A DNA stretch of 64,000 bases, taken from assembly GCA_964547475.1 (NCBI GenBank), contig CAZJNQ010000001.1:2795-66794 (forward strand), given 5' to 3'. Source of the stretch: an uncultured Porphyromonadaceae bacterium. Lineage in GTDB: Bacteria > Bacteroidota > Bacteroidia > Bacteroidales > UBA12481. A program made the translations under genes and the position numbers. Below the pieces are notes generated by a model that was not told the origin of the DNA, made no database searches, and was given only the letters and a program-made list of their open reading frames with translations. The stretch's first letter is position 1; each line of letters starts with the position of its first letter. Of the stretch, positions 1-11,000 are shown one piece after another.

Positions 1-228
1 GTTGCCCGCGCCATACTGGAAATTTCCCTGAAAATCCGTCGGGAAACCGGCCTTGACCGGGTGGTCCTGAGCGGTGGTACTTTTCAGAATGCCGTTTTGA
101 CGGCAATGACCAATAAACTTCTTGAAGATGAACGCTTTACGGTTTTCACTAACCGACTCGTTCCTCCGAATGACGGAGGCATCTCCCTTGGCCAGCTCGC
201 CATTGCAGCTCATCAAATAAAACTATGA
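1..228 (+). CDS. hypF: Hydrogenase maturation carbamoyltransferase HypF, C-terminal fragment (start upstream of window)
   Basis: Frame 1 is open from base 1 to TGA at 226-228. The translation ...RVVLSGGTFQNAVL...LVPPNDGGISLGQLAIAAH resembles the conserved HypF C-terminus. hypCDEAB follows directly. Confidence 0.8.
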   Translation, partial: VARAILEISLKIRRETGLDRVVLSGGTFQNAVLTAMTNKLLEDERFTVFTNRLVPPNDGGISLGQLAIAAHQIKL

Positions 229-229
229 T

Positions 230-478
230 ATGTGTTTATGCATCCCTGCACGCATCCTTTCGGTCGACGGTAGTTTTGCAACTGCTGAGGTCGGCGGCCT
301 GATCGTTAACACCGGCATCCATCTGATTGATGGGGTGAAAACGGGTGATTATGTGCTGATCCATTCAGGTTTTGCCATTCAGATCCTTTCTCCCGAGGAA
401 GCCGATGAAACTTTCAGTCTCCTGCGTGAGATTGAGAGCTATTCAGGAGAAGAACCGGTTAAAACCAATGAGCCATGA
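230..478 (+). CDS. hypC: Hydrogenase assembly chaperone HypC/HupF
   Basis: 82 aa with N-terminus MCLCIPARI (HypC Cys2 signature). Its stop overlaps the hypD start (ATGA at 475-478). Confidence 0.9.
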   Translation: MCLCIPARILSVDGSFATAEVGGLIVNTGIHLIDGVKTGDYVLIHSGFAIQILSPEEADETFSLLREIESYSGEEPVKTNEP

Positions 479-1527
479 ACAGGGTGGATGAACTGGTCGC
501 TATGATACGCCGCGAAAATCGGTCGCCTGTCAGGTTTATGGAAGTATGCGGTGGTCACACTCTGGCGATTAACCAATTGGGAATCAGAAGCCTTCTTCCC
601 GACAAGATCAATCTGTTGTCCGGTCCGGGGTGTCCGGTGTGTGTGACAGGAACCGGTTATATCGACTCCGCCTTGCGGATAGCGTCCAATCCGGAAGTGA
701 TACTCACTACTTTCGGAGACCTGATCCGGGTTCCCGGAAGTGAGGGTAGCCTCGAGACGGGGCGGGCATCCGGGATGGATGTCAGGTTGGTGCTGTCCCC
801 TCTGCACGCGCTTCAGATCGCCAGGCAGGAACCGGGCCGGCAGGTGGTATTCCTGGGCATTGGGTTTGAAACGACAGCACCCGGTGTCGCAGCAGTCATC
901 CGGATGGCACGATCTGAAAAAAGGGACAATTTCTTTGTGTTGAGCGCACATAAAGTAATGCCTCCCGCCATGGATGCACTCACTTCACGAGGGATCCGGC
1001 TGGATGGTTTCATATGTCCCGGTCATGTCAGCACCATAACGGGATCGGCCATCTATGAATCGCTGGCCCGGGACAGGCATATTCCCTGCGTGATATCCGG
1101 CTTCGAGGCTGCTGATATTCTCGAAACCATCCTTCTTTTGCTCCGGCAGGTGAATCAGGGTACGGCGTCCGTTGAGATACAGTACACGCGCGCTGTTAGG
1201 CCGGAAGGAAATCCCAGGGCATTGCAACTGATGGACGAGGTTTTTTACCGGCGAGATGACTGGTGGAGAGGCCTCGGGATCATTCCCGCAAGCGGTCTCG
1301 GAATCCGGGATGAGTTCCGCGCTCAGGATGCGGAGTACCTCTTCGGACGCGTTACCATGCAAGGAACCGAACCGGCAGGATGCGCCTGCGGTTCAGTGCT
1401 GACCGGCCAAATGACCCCATCCGAATGCGGGCTATTTGGTTCAGTATGCACTCCCGATTCTCCCGCCGGAGCCTGCATGGTTTCTTCAGAAGGAGCCTGC
1501 CAATCTTTTTTTCGCTTTTTACAATGA
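475..1527 (+). CDS. hypD: Hydrogenase formation Fe-S protein HypD
   Basis: 350 aa with GPGCPVCV, GFETTAP and CPGHVS motifs typical of HypD. Lies between hypC and hypE. Confidence 0.92.
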   Translation: MNRVDELVAMIRRENRSPVRFMEVCGGHTLAINQLGIRSLLPDKINLLSGPGCPVCVTGTGYIDSALRIASNPEVILTTFGDLIRVPGSEGSLETGRASGMDVRLVLSPLHALQIARQEPGRQVVFLGIGFETTAPGVAAVIRMARSEKRDNFFVLSAHKVMPPAMDALTSRGIRLDGFICPGHVSTITGSAIYESLARDRHIPCVISGFEAADILETILLLLRQVNQGTASVEIQYTRAVRPEGNPRALQLMDEVFYRRDDWWRGLGIIPASGLGIRDEFRAQDAEYLFGRVTMQGTEPAGCACGSVLTGQMTPSECGLFGSVCTPDSPAGACMVSSEGACQSFFRFLQ

Positions 1528-1540
1528 TACAAATATAACG

Positions 1541-2554
1541 ATGGGTACTTCGATTTTGCTGGCTCATGGCAGCGGCGGCGGGAAGACCCGGGAGCTCATC
1601 CGCTCTGTCTTCAGGCCCTTTTTCACGGACTCCCGCCTGATTGCCGCGACGGATTCGGCAATCCTGGATGGTGAAGCCGGACAACTGGCTTTCACCACCG
1701 ATGCATTTGTTGTGGATCCGATCTTTTTCCCTGGAGGGGACATCGGAAAACTGGCAGTCTGCGGCACTCTCAACGACCTGGCCGTGTCAGGTGCGAAGCC
1801 TCTCTGGATGGCCGTTTCATTCATCCTCGAGGAAGGCCTTGAACTTGAGGACCTTACAACCATCGCCCGCTCGATGGCGGCAACAGCCAATGCAAATAAT
1901 GTTGCGCTGGTCGCCGCCGATACCAAAGTGGTTCCCCGCGGCAAAGGAGACAAGGTGTTTATAACCACAACGGGCATCGGCCGCCTGTTGACCGGACTTG
2001 AACAGGTTTCTTCCGGTACCGGCATCAGGCCCGGGGACAAGGTTATCGTGAGCGGAACGGTTGGGGATCATGGTGCATCCATTTTCACTTCCCGGCTCGA
2101 ACAACCTCCGGCAACACCTGTCCTCAGCGACTGCGCTTCCGTTCTTCCCATAATGGGCGGTCTTTGCGACCTCGCTGAACATATCCGGTTTATGCGGGAT
2201 CCCACGCGCGGAGGGACCGCCACCGTGCTCTGTGAAATCACTGAGAAACAAAACTGGGGAATCCGCCTCATCGAACGGTCGATCCCCGTGGATGGCAAAG
2301 TCAGTGGCTTATGCCGGCTGGCGGGCCTCGACCCACTCTATCTGGCTTGCGAAGGCCGCGTAATCTGCATTGCCAGTCCTGAAAAGGGAGAAGAGGTCAT
2401 ACGCAGGATGAAAACCTGCCCTGCCGGCCTGAATGCCTGCGAAATCGGAACCATAACCAGTGAAAATCCGGGTCGGGTGGTCATGGAAACCACTATTGGC
2501 GGCACACGCCTGATTACGATGCTTTCCGGGGATCCGCTGCCCAGAATCTGCTGA
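1541..2554 (+). CDS. hypE: Hydrogenase expression/formation protein HypE
   Basis: I prefer the ATG at 1541 (MGTSILLAHGSGGG...) over the alternative start at 1436, which overlaps hypD. AIR-synthase-like sequence ending in the HypE C-terminal PRIC motif. Confidence 0.9.
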   Translation: MGTSILLAHGSGGGKTRELIRSVFRPFFTDSRLIAATDSAILDGEAGQLAFTTDAFVVDPIFFPGGDIGKLAVCGTLNDLAVSGAKPLWMAVSFILEEGLELEDLTTIARSMAATANANNVALVAADTKVVPRGKGDKVFITTTGIGRLLTGLEQVSSGTGIRPGDKVIVSGTVGDHGASIFTSRLEQPPATPVLSDCASVLPIMGGLCDLAEHIRFMRDPTRGGTATVLCEITEKQNWGIRLIERSIPVDGKVSGLCRLAGLDPLYLACEGRVICIASPEKGEEVIRRMKTCPAGLNACEIGTITSENPGRVVMETTIGGTRLITMLSGDPLPRIC

Positions 2555-2562
2555 CTTACAAC

Positions 2563-2904
2563 ATGCACGAACTTACATTCATAGAAAACATCCTGCGGGC
2601 CTGCACCGAGGCTTCCCAGCAGAACCATCTGAAGAAAGTCACCCGCATCAGCCTGGAGATCGGCAAGATGTACCAACTGGTACCGGACCTCCTACATTTC
2701 GCCTTTAAAACAGCTGTGACCGGGACCCTCTTCGAAGGTGCAACTCTTGATATCGAATGGAAATCTCTCACCGGGGAGTGCACAGGTTGCGGCCATTCTT
2801 TTACTATCGAGGAATTCGTTTTCATCTGCCCGGAATGCGGCAGTTTCAATATCAAGCTCGTATCAGGCAAAGAATTGTTAATTAAATCAATAGAAGGAAA
2901 CTAA
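2563..2904 (+). CDS. hypA: Hydrogenase nickel incorporation protein HypA
   Basis: 113 aa with an N-terminal MHE nickel motif and two CxxC pairs (CTGC, CPEC) forming the zinc site. Confidence 0.9.
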   Translation: MHELTFIENILRACTEASQQNHLKKVTRISLEIGKMYQLVPDLLHFAFKTAVTGTLFEGATLDIEWKSLTGECTGCGHSFTIEEFVFICPECGSFNIKLVSGKELLIKSIEGN

Positions 2905-2905
2905 C

Positions 2906-3544
2906 ATGGAAATCAAAATCATGAAGAATGTGCTGGACAGGAACCAGGACAAGGCCAATGATAACCGCAAGCTGTTATCGGACAAAGGAATAACAATGAT
3001 TAACCTGATCAGTGCTCCGGGTTCAGGCAAGACTTCCCTGCTCGAGAAGACGCTGGATCATTTCGGGAGCATGCGGAAGATCGGCATTATCGAAGGGGAC
3101 GTAGCCACCGATCATGACGCACGCAGGCTGGCCATCTTCCGGACTCCCGTGTTACAAATCAATACCGAAGGGGGTTGCCACCTCGATTCCCATTCGATAG
3201 ACAAGGCACTTCAAAACCTTGATCTTGGCAGCCTTGACCTGATTTTCGTGGAAAACGTCGGCAACCTGGTCTGTCCGGCAGCATTTGACCTGGGTGAGAA
3301 CCATAAGGTCGCTATCGTGAGCGTGCCCGAAGGAGATGACAAGCCTGTCAAATATCCTCTGTTGTTCAGGCAGGCATCGGCCATCATCCTCAATAAAACA
3401 GACCTGATACCCTACACCGATTTCAGGATGGACCGTTTCCGCAGTTATATCCGTGACCTCAATGGTTCAGTGCCCCTTTTTGAGATTTCCTGCTCAACCG
3501 GGAGTGGCCTGGAATACTGGTTCGAATGGGTGAAACAAGTATAA
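2906..3544 (+). CDS. hypB: Hydrogenase nickel incorporation GTPase HypB
   Basis: 212 aa with P-loop APGSGKTS, ENVGNLVCP and NKTDL motifs. No His-rich N-terminal stretch. Starts 1 nt after hypA. Confidence 0.9.
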   Translation: MEIKIMKNVLDRNQDKANDNRKLLSDKGITMINLISAPGSGKTSLLEKTLDHFGSMRKIGIIEGDVATDHDARRLAIFRTPVLQINTEGGCHLDSHSIDKALQNLDLGSLDLIFVENVGNLVCPAAFDLGENHKVAIVSVPEGDDKPVKYPLLFRQASAIILNKTDLIPYTDFRMDRFRSYIRDLNGSVPLFEISCSTGSGLEYWFEWVKQV

Positions 3545-3553
3545 AAGAAAAGA

Positions 3554-3575
3554 GGCAGCCTCGGGTGAGGCCGCC
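3554..3575. terminator. Bidirectional hairpin between convergent hypB and gdhA
   Basis: GGCAGCCTC / GGGT loop / GAGGCCGCC gives a 9-bp stem with one mismatch. On the minus strand it is followed by TCTTTTCTTTTAT. On the plus strand it is followed by the pyrimidine tract. Confidence 0.55.
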
Positions 3576-3614
3576 CCTTTCCCCTTTCTCCTTTTTCCTT
3601 TTTCCTTTTTCCTT
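3574..3614 (+). repeat. 41-nt uninterrupted homopyrimidine tract with 7-nt periodicity
   Basis: Read directly: CCCCTTT CCCCTTT CTCCTTT TTCCTTT TTCCTTT TTCCTT. It lies 30 nt after the hypB stop and abuts the gdhA stop (3616). Confidence 0.9.
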
Positions 3615-3615
3615 A

Positions 3616-5004
<1,389 letters not shown>

Positions 5005-5094
5005 TCATCAACAGATAGTTTTTATCAGGTCTTGGTATGATTTTCCTCATCCTTCCGGATCACTATCAGCCTATCAATCAGCAAGGCCAAGCAT

Positions 5095-8091
5095 TTAGCC
5101 ATTGACTTCGGCCATTTTCGGCTTGTAAATGACCCCTTTGTTGCGGACCCCGTCAATTTTAATCGTCAGGGGTTCCGGAAACCGGATATGCCGGATGTAT
5201 TCATCTTCCGAAACACATTCCAACCGGTTCAGGAAATCAATATCATAAAATCCGTCGTTTAGGAACGGATTAATGGTCAGATATCCAACGCGGAAAGAAG
5301 TAAGGTTCTGGAAAAAGTGGGTGCCCTGGCTGGGATCAATGCGGTAATCGGGCAAGCCCGATTCGACTATTAGCCGGGCGGCCGAAATCTGGGCCCATTT
5401 AACCGGGATCCCGAGCCACGGATCGCTCGAACCCCACCGGCCCGGGCCAACCAGTACATAATTCTCTCCCGAAGCCACAAACTGGTCATTGAGCTTTTCC
5501 ACTCTCCTGGCAATGGTTAGGCTGTCGGCAGCCCGGAAACATTCGGGCTTGACATAAACAAAATCCCTGATCCCGCGAATCAGCCCATTGCCGAGCGCTG
5601 ATCGCGAAAAAATCAGCGCTTCGTTTATATTAACCTCCTCCAGCTTGAAGTTCAAGGTATCCGTATTTTCCACAACAGGCCTGATCTGAAGGAAATTAAA
5701 GATCTTCGGCGTGCCGGGAGGCGTATCCAGGTTGACGGCAAACTCCATCTCGATCGGATTGTTCATCTCCTTTTCCCCGACCTTCATCAGTGTGTACAGG
5801 ACATCAGCCAGCGGAAAGGTATTATGCTTCAGTATATTGTTGAAAGTCACGATTTTCTTCCCTGCTGCGGTGAACTGGTCGCGGATGATGTGATTATTCA
5901 TGTCATAAACGGAGGCAACATGCCTTAACGCAGTATCTCCTTCAGCTTCCTTGATCTTAAGCTTGAACAGGTTGACGCCATCATTGGTGGATGGAACGAA
6001 ATGATCCGCCACCAGGTCAAGGGCATAAAACTCCCTTTGGGTCTCGCGCAGCGCACTCTCAGCGGTTGAAAGCTGCAACACCTTGTTCGGGTACCTGGGT
6101 GAGAAACGAAGACCGGTTCCGCCCTCTACGATCAGCCTGCCAAGCCCGTAAGCAATGTTGGCAATGCCGTCTTCCGGCTTTTCCTGCCCGATCGGATAGA
6201 AATTTATGGACCTGGCGACACCTGACAGGGTCGGGTAAAAACGTTCGCCATAACGACTGCCGCACACTTCCTGGAGGATGATGGCCATCCGTTCGGCATC
6301 AATGACATTCTGGGTTGCCGCGAGGTAAGTTTTTGAGCTTTTATAATAGACCGATGCATAAACTGCCTTGATCGCATCGGCAATCATGTAGATCATCCTT
6401 TGTTTATCGGTGTCGGCCGTCGGCAGCATAAAAGTCGAATAGACACCGGCAAAAGGCTGGTAATGACTATCCTCCAGCATACTGGAGGATCGAACGGCAA
6501 TCGGGTTCCTGACCACCCGGATAAAGGTCTCCAAATCCTTGTAGATCCTGACCGGCAGGGTGGCATTCACGAAGCTTTGAAGGATCTGCTCGTCGGTGAG
6601 CCGGGAAGTTGCCACTTTCCAAAGATTGTTCAGGTCCATGAACTCCTCGAAAACCTCGGTTGAGATTACGACGGTCCTGGGAATGGCTACGTGGATCCCT
6701 TCCCACCGGCTTCCCAGTTCATAATGCTTGATGAAGGAATCTATGAAAGCCAATCCCCTGGCTTTGCCTCCGAGCGATCCTTCACCAATCCTGGAAAAAA
6801 GCATATACTCATCAAACCGTGTCCGGTCGAAGGTGGAAATCACCCCCCGGGCTTTCGACAGACGATAGCTGGCAATGATGTTGAAAATGTACTGGCGGCC
6901 GATCTCCACGCTCCCGAAATCATCGAGCGTTTTGTATTTCAAGTGGGATCCGATCTGAAAGAATGCCCTGGCATTGAACCATTTGGAAAAGTCATTGTTT
7001 TTAAAATGATACTGCAGGGACTGAGCCGGGATCTTCAGGATGATATCCTGCATCTCCTTCAGGTTGGATGCTCTTCCGATCTCTTCACGGGTGGCAGGAT
7101 CCCTGAAAATGAAATCACCGAAATTCATGTACCGGAGCATGAAATTCCTGAGTTCGATTTCCAGCGTCTTGGAGTACTTATGCAGGAAACTGGCATTGAG
7201 TTCGGTTGCCGGTGCCTGGTTTGACAACTCCGAGGATTGCAGGAGAAAAGGCACGTAAGGATCCACTTTCCGGACCGCCTGGCAGAATTTCAGGCCGGCC
7301 TCCTGGTCTTTTTTCCCTTCCCTGATATAGGAGATGTCGGAAATAATTCCGAGTGTGCTGTCCTTGTATTGGTTGAAGAGGTGATTGGCCTGTTCATAAT
7401 TGGTGGCCAGAAGGATTTTCGGCCGGCCGCGCATCCTTAGCATCTTGCGGTGCTCGTTAAGGCCTTCCTGCATGAAGGACTTGCTTTGCTTGAAGACGAT
7501 TTTGTAAATGGCAGGAAGAAATGAGGAATAATAACGAATGGAGTCCTCCACCAGGAGGATGACCTGGACGCCCACTTCATGAACATCGTATTTCAGGTTC
7601 ATCTTGTCCTCTATCAGCTTGATGATGGCCAGGAGAAGATCGGCATTACCCAGCCACGAGAACACGTAATCAATGGCACTTAGGTCTTCTTTTTCCAGCT
7701 TGATCGATACTTCCCGGCTGAAATGCGTGAGCACCACGATGGGAATATGGGGATACTCGCTCTTGATCTTTTTTGACAGCCCGAAGGCATCCATCTCTCC
7801 AACGCTAAGCATGGAAATGACCAGGTCAATGTGTTCCTTTTCAAGGTACTCGAAAGCCTTCCGCGCCGTGTTGGCCTGGATGAAAACGGGAGGATACCGG
7901 AGGTTCAGTGAAACATATTCATTGTATATCTGTTCATCTATCCTTCCGTCCTCCTCCAGCATAAAGAAATCATAGTTGCTGCAGATGATCAGTACTCTAT
8001 TTATCCTCCTCTGCATCAGCAACTTAAATTCGGCTTCGCCGAAGTCCATGTTTTGCTGGTCAACCGTGACTATTTCATTCATTGAAGTCAT
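5095..8091 (-). CDS. Receiver-domain protein with PEP-synthase/PPDK_N-type ATP-grasp domain, paralog A (998 aa); function unknown
   Basis: Degenerate receiver at aa 31-165. Canonical receiver with LLVEDS, D252 in LGIISDIS, LLQSS and K305. ATP-grasp landmarks GSLGGKARGLAFI, IAVRSSSMLEDS, PFAG, MAIILQE and EMEFAV...LQIRP. I saw no GGxTSHAAI swivel-His motif. Confidence 0.75.
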   Translation of the reverse strand: MTSMNEIVTVDQQNMDFGEAEFKLLMQRRINRVLIICSNYDFFMLEEDGRIDEQIYNEYVSLNLRYPPVFIQANTARKAFEYLEKEHIDLVISMLSVGEMDAFGLSKKIKSEYPHIPIVVLTHFSREVSIKLEKEDLSAIDYVFSWLGNADLLLAIIKLIEDKMNLKYDVHEVGVQVILLVEDSIRYYSSFLPAIYKIVFKQSKSFMQEGLNEHRKMLRMRGRPKILLATNYEQANHLFNQYKDSTLGIISDISYIREGKKDQEAGLKFCQAVRKVDPYVPFLLQSSELSNQAPATELNASFLHKYSKTLEIELRNFMLRYMNFGDFIFRDPATREEIGRASNLKEMQDIILKIPAQSLQYHFKNNDFSKWFNARAFFQIGSHLKYKTLDDFGSVEIGRQYIFNIIASYRLSKARGVISTFDRTRFDEYMLFSRIGEGSLGGKARGLAFIDSFIKHYELGSRWEGIHVAIPRTVVISTEVFEEFMDLNNLWKVATSRLTDEQILQSFVNATLPVRIYKDLETFIRVVRNPIAVRSSSMLEDSHYQPFAGVYSTFMLPTADTDKQRMIYMIADAIKAVYASVYYKSSKTYLAATQNVIDAERMAIILQEVCGSRYGERFYPTLSGVARSINFYPIGQEKPEDGIANIAYGLGRLIVEGGTGLRFSPRYPNKVLQLSTAESALRETQREFYALDLVADHFVPSTNDGVNLFKLKIKEAEGDTALRHVASVYDMNNHIIRDQFTAAGKKIVTFNNILKHNTFPLADVLYTLMKVGEKEMNNPIEMEFAVNLDTPPGTPKIFNFLQIRPVVENTDTLNFKLEEVNINEALIFSRSALGNGLIRGIRDFVYVKPECFRAADSLTIARRVEKLNDQFVASGENYVLVGPGRWGSSDPWLGIPVKWAQISAARLIVESGLPDYRIDPSQGTHFFQNLTSFRVGYLTINPFLNDGFYDIDFLNRLECVSEDEYIRHIRFPEPLTIKIDGVRNKGVIYKPKMAEVNG

Positions 8092-11000
8092 TTATAACCG
8101 GGTATGCCGGGGAATCCTGGCCTTCCTCATCATTTCCGAGGCGGATCAGGGACTGTCTCTTTTTACCGTCCATAACTATATCCAGGTCCCTCTCAAACCT
8201 GACGTGCCGGAAGTACTGTCCCTCCTCCACCAGAACCTGCTGATTCAAAAGATCATAGTGAATAAAGTTCTTTCCGCCCGAATGAACCGAAAGATAACCC
8301 ACATTCATGGAGGTCACATTGTGGAAAAAATGAGATCCCATGGATGCTTCAAGCGGAAAATCAGCCAGATCGGTTTCCACAATGATGCGTGCTCCGGAGA
8401 TCTGGGACCATTTTACGGGTATTCCGATAAACTTGTCGCGGCTGCCCCATCTTCCGGGTCCGATCAGAACATATTCCTTCCTGGATCTGACCATTCTCTT
8501 GTTGAAATACTCGATCTCGGCAGCCATCTCAACCGTTTTCAGTTTGTCGAACCGGGCAGGGTCGAGGTAAACCACATCCCGGAGATACCGGATTCTCCCG
8601 TTACCGAGGCTTCTTTCTGCATAGAGCATGATATGATCCCGCTTGACGCTGTCAATGTCGACCGTATAATCTTCATCCGAGCCGACCATAGGCTTGATCT
8701 GCAAAAGGTAAAAAGATGACTTCATGCCGGCATCCGGGACCAGGTCTACCGCATATTCTATTTCAACAGCTGTCCCCAGCGCTTCATGCACTACATCGAG
8801 AATCACTTGTATGGTCTTTGCGAGTGGAATGTGATCAAACTGAAGGATATTGGCGAAATTGAGCACGCGTGGCCCACCGGTTGAGAGTCCCGGTTCAAAA
8901 CGGTCGTTATCCGGATCATAGACTGAAGCCAGGTGTTTTAGGGTGCCATGGGACTCGGCCAGGGAAACCTCCAACCTGGCCAGGCCTGCTTCTTCTCCCT
9001 CAAACAGGTCGATCTTATCCTTTCCGAGATCAGCGGCATAAAAATCCACCTGCGATGTTTTTAACTGGTCCTTGAGGGAGGTGACCTGTAAGGTCGGGTA
9101 TTTTGGCGAAAAACGCCAGGCTTTTTCACCTTCAACAACATATCTGCCCAAACCCAGGGCGACCACGGCACAACCGTCATCCGGCTCCATGTGCGCTACG
9201 GGATAGTAATTGTAAGATTGGGCCGTGCCGCTGATGTGTGGATAATAATACCGGTCAAATTGGTTTCCCACCAACTCCTGAATGATCACGGCCATCTTCT
9301 CCTCTTCAATCTTGTAATTCACCGCATCGAAGTACATCCTCGCCTCGGGAGAAAAGATGGATGCATAAACCATCTTGATCGCATCCTGAAGCTGGTTGAA
9401 ACGGGTATTGAAATCAGGATCCGAATTAGGCAGCACATAGGTCTCAAAAATCCCGGCAAAAGGATAAAGCAGAGAATCTTCAAAAATACTTGAGGAGCGC
9501 ACCGCCAGGGGACGGTTCAACAACTGCATGAAGGTCTTGAGTTTCTTCCGAAGGTTGAAGGAAAGTTCGCCATCCATGAACAACTTTCGGATCTCGCCAT
9601 AGTCCTCCATTTCCATTACCCTGGTGATCAGGTTATTGCGTTGCATGAAAATTTCAAACTCATCGGTTCCGATGATAGCGGTTCTCGGGGTCCGGATGTT
9701 AATGTCGGGAATGATCTGGGTGAAATCCAGATTATTGATAAGGGTATTGATAAAAGCCAGTCCCCTTCCTTTACCACCGAGGGATCCCGTACCCAAACTG
9801 ACTATGTTGCGCCAGTCAAGGACGGCCGATTCATCGAAATTGACCACTTTCCCCCTGTCCTTGTCAATCCGGTAATTTTGAATAACATCAATAATATATT
9901 CCCTGAGGTCCTTGGGGCTGCTGAAATCGGTAGCCTTGATCGGATTGATGATCTTGGCCAGATGAATTTCACCGCGGGCCATCAGCCAAAGGGAGAAGTG
10001 GTTCTTGAGGGCATGGTAGAGGATGGACTCTTCCGGTATGGTTCGGAGATGGTCTTCGAAATCTTTCATCGAACGGGCCACTGCGATCTTACGGCCCATA
10101 GTATCCCGGTAAACAAAATGGCCGAAGCCCAGGGAATAGGTGATGAAAGTCTTGAGGTCCTGCAGCAGTGTCTCGGAATTCTTGTTCATGAAAGTGGCCT
10201 TCAGTTTGACCGCGGAAGCGGCGAACTGGGCATCGGACGACTGCAGGATCATTGGGATTTCCTGCCTGTGGTCATGGACATACCGCAGGAAACTGATCCC
10301 TGCGGTTTCATCTGTGAGGCCGCTTCTCTTGAATTTGACGTCCGAAATGACACAAGCCAGGTAATCCTGGTATTTATTGAAATAACTCAGCGCTTCCTCA
10401 TAGCTCGTAGCCAGCACTATTTTAGTACGGGCTCTCATCCTGCTTATCTTGTCCTGCTCATTGGTGTTGGCTTCGGCGATCAGTTCCTGTGTCTGTTCGA
10501 ACACCAGTGTATAGAGCATCGGAAGATACCGGGAATAGTACCTCGGTGAATCTTCGACCAGCAAGACGACCCTGACCAGGCCGACCCGGGTATCGTTCTC
10601 GAGGTTGACTTCGTCTTCCAGGAGCTTGACCATGGTAAAGAATATCTTGGAATCTCCATTCCAGACAAACATCCTGTCGATCGACGGCAGGTAAACCTGG
10701 TCATCGTCAAACAAGCCGATCTTGGAACTGTTGTTCAGAAGGAGGAAGATTTTTATTTCCGGATAACGGCGGCGTATTCTTTCAGCCAGCCTCAGCGGAC
10801 TTCGCGTATCCACGCCTACCATCAGGACAACAAAATCATAGTTTTTTTCCTTCAGCAGCTCCAAGGCGTCATCAGCTGATGTGGCACCGGTTATCCTGGG
10901 CAGTGAAGACAGGCTCAGGTGGTAAACCTCCCCCATCGCCTGTTCAAAGAACCGGTCCTCGTTTTCCAGGATGAACGTGTCATAAAGGGTAGCGACCAGC

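Noticed and set aside
1436-1540. N-terminal extensions in the ORF track using upstream or non-ATG starts (hypE 1436; also 14593, 16188, 20661, 23038, 29244, 32964, 45310, 53437, 55520)
   Set aside because: In each case an internal ATG gives a canonical N-terminus (signal peptide or conserved family start). The extension overlaps the upstream gene or a promoter box.
3519-3527. GGTTCGAAT, resembling a tRNA T-arm
   Set aside because: It lies inside the hypB reading frame (…YWFEWVKQV) with no acceptor or anticodon arms around it.
1-3544. hyp operon without hydrogenase structural genes as an anomaly
   Set aside because: The operon is cut by the window edge. Structural genes may lie upstream of hypF, and the gene order and motifs are canonical.
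7976-10549. Long plus-strand ORFs (7976-8719, 247 aa; 9641-10549, 302 aa) opposite the receiver/ATP-grasp genes
   Set aside because: They are antisense shadows of strongly motif-bearing minus-strand genes. No motifs and no plausible promoter or start context.
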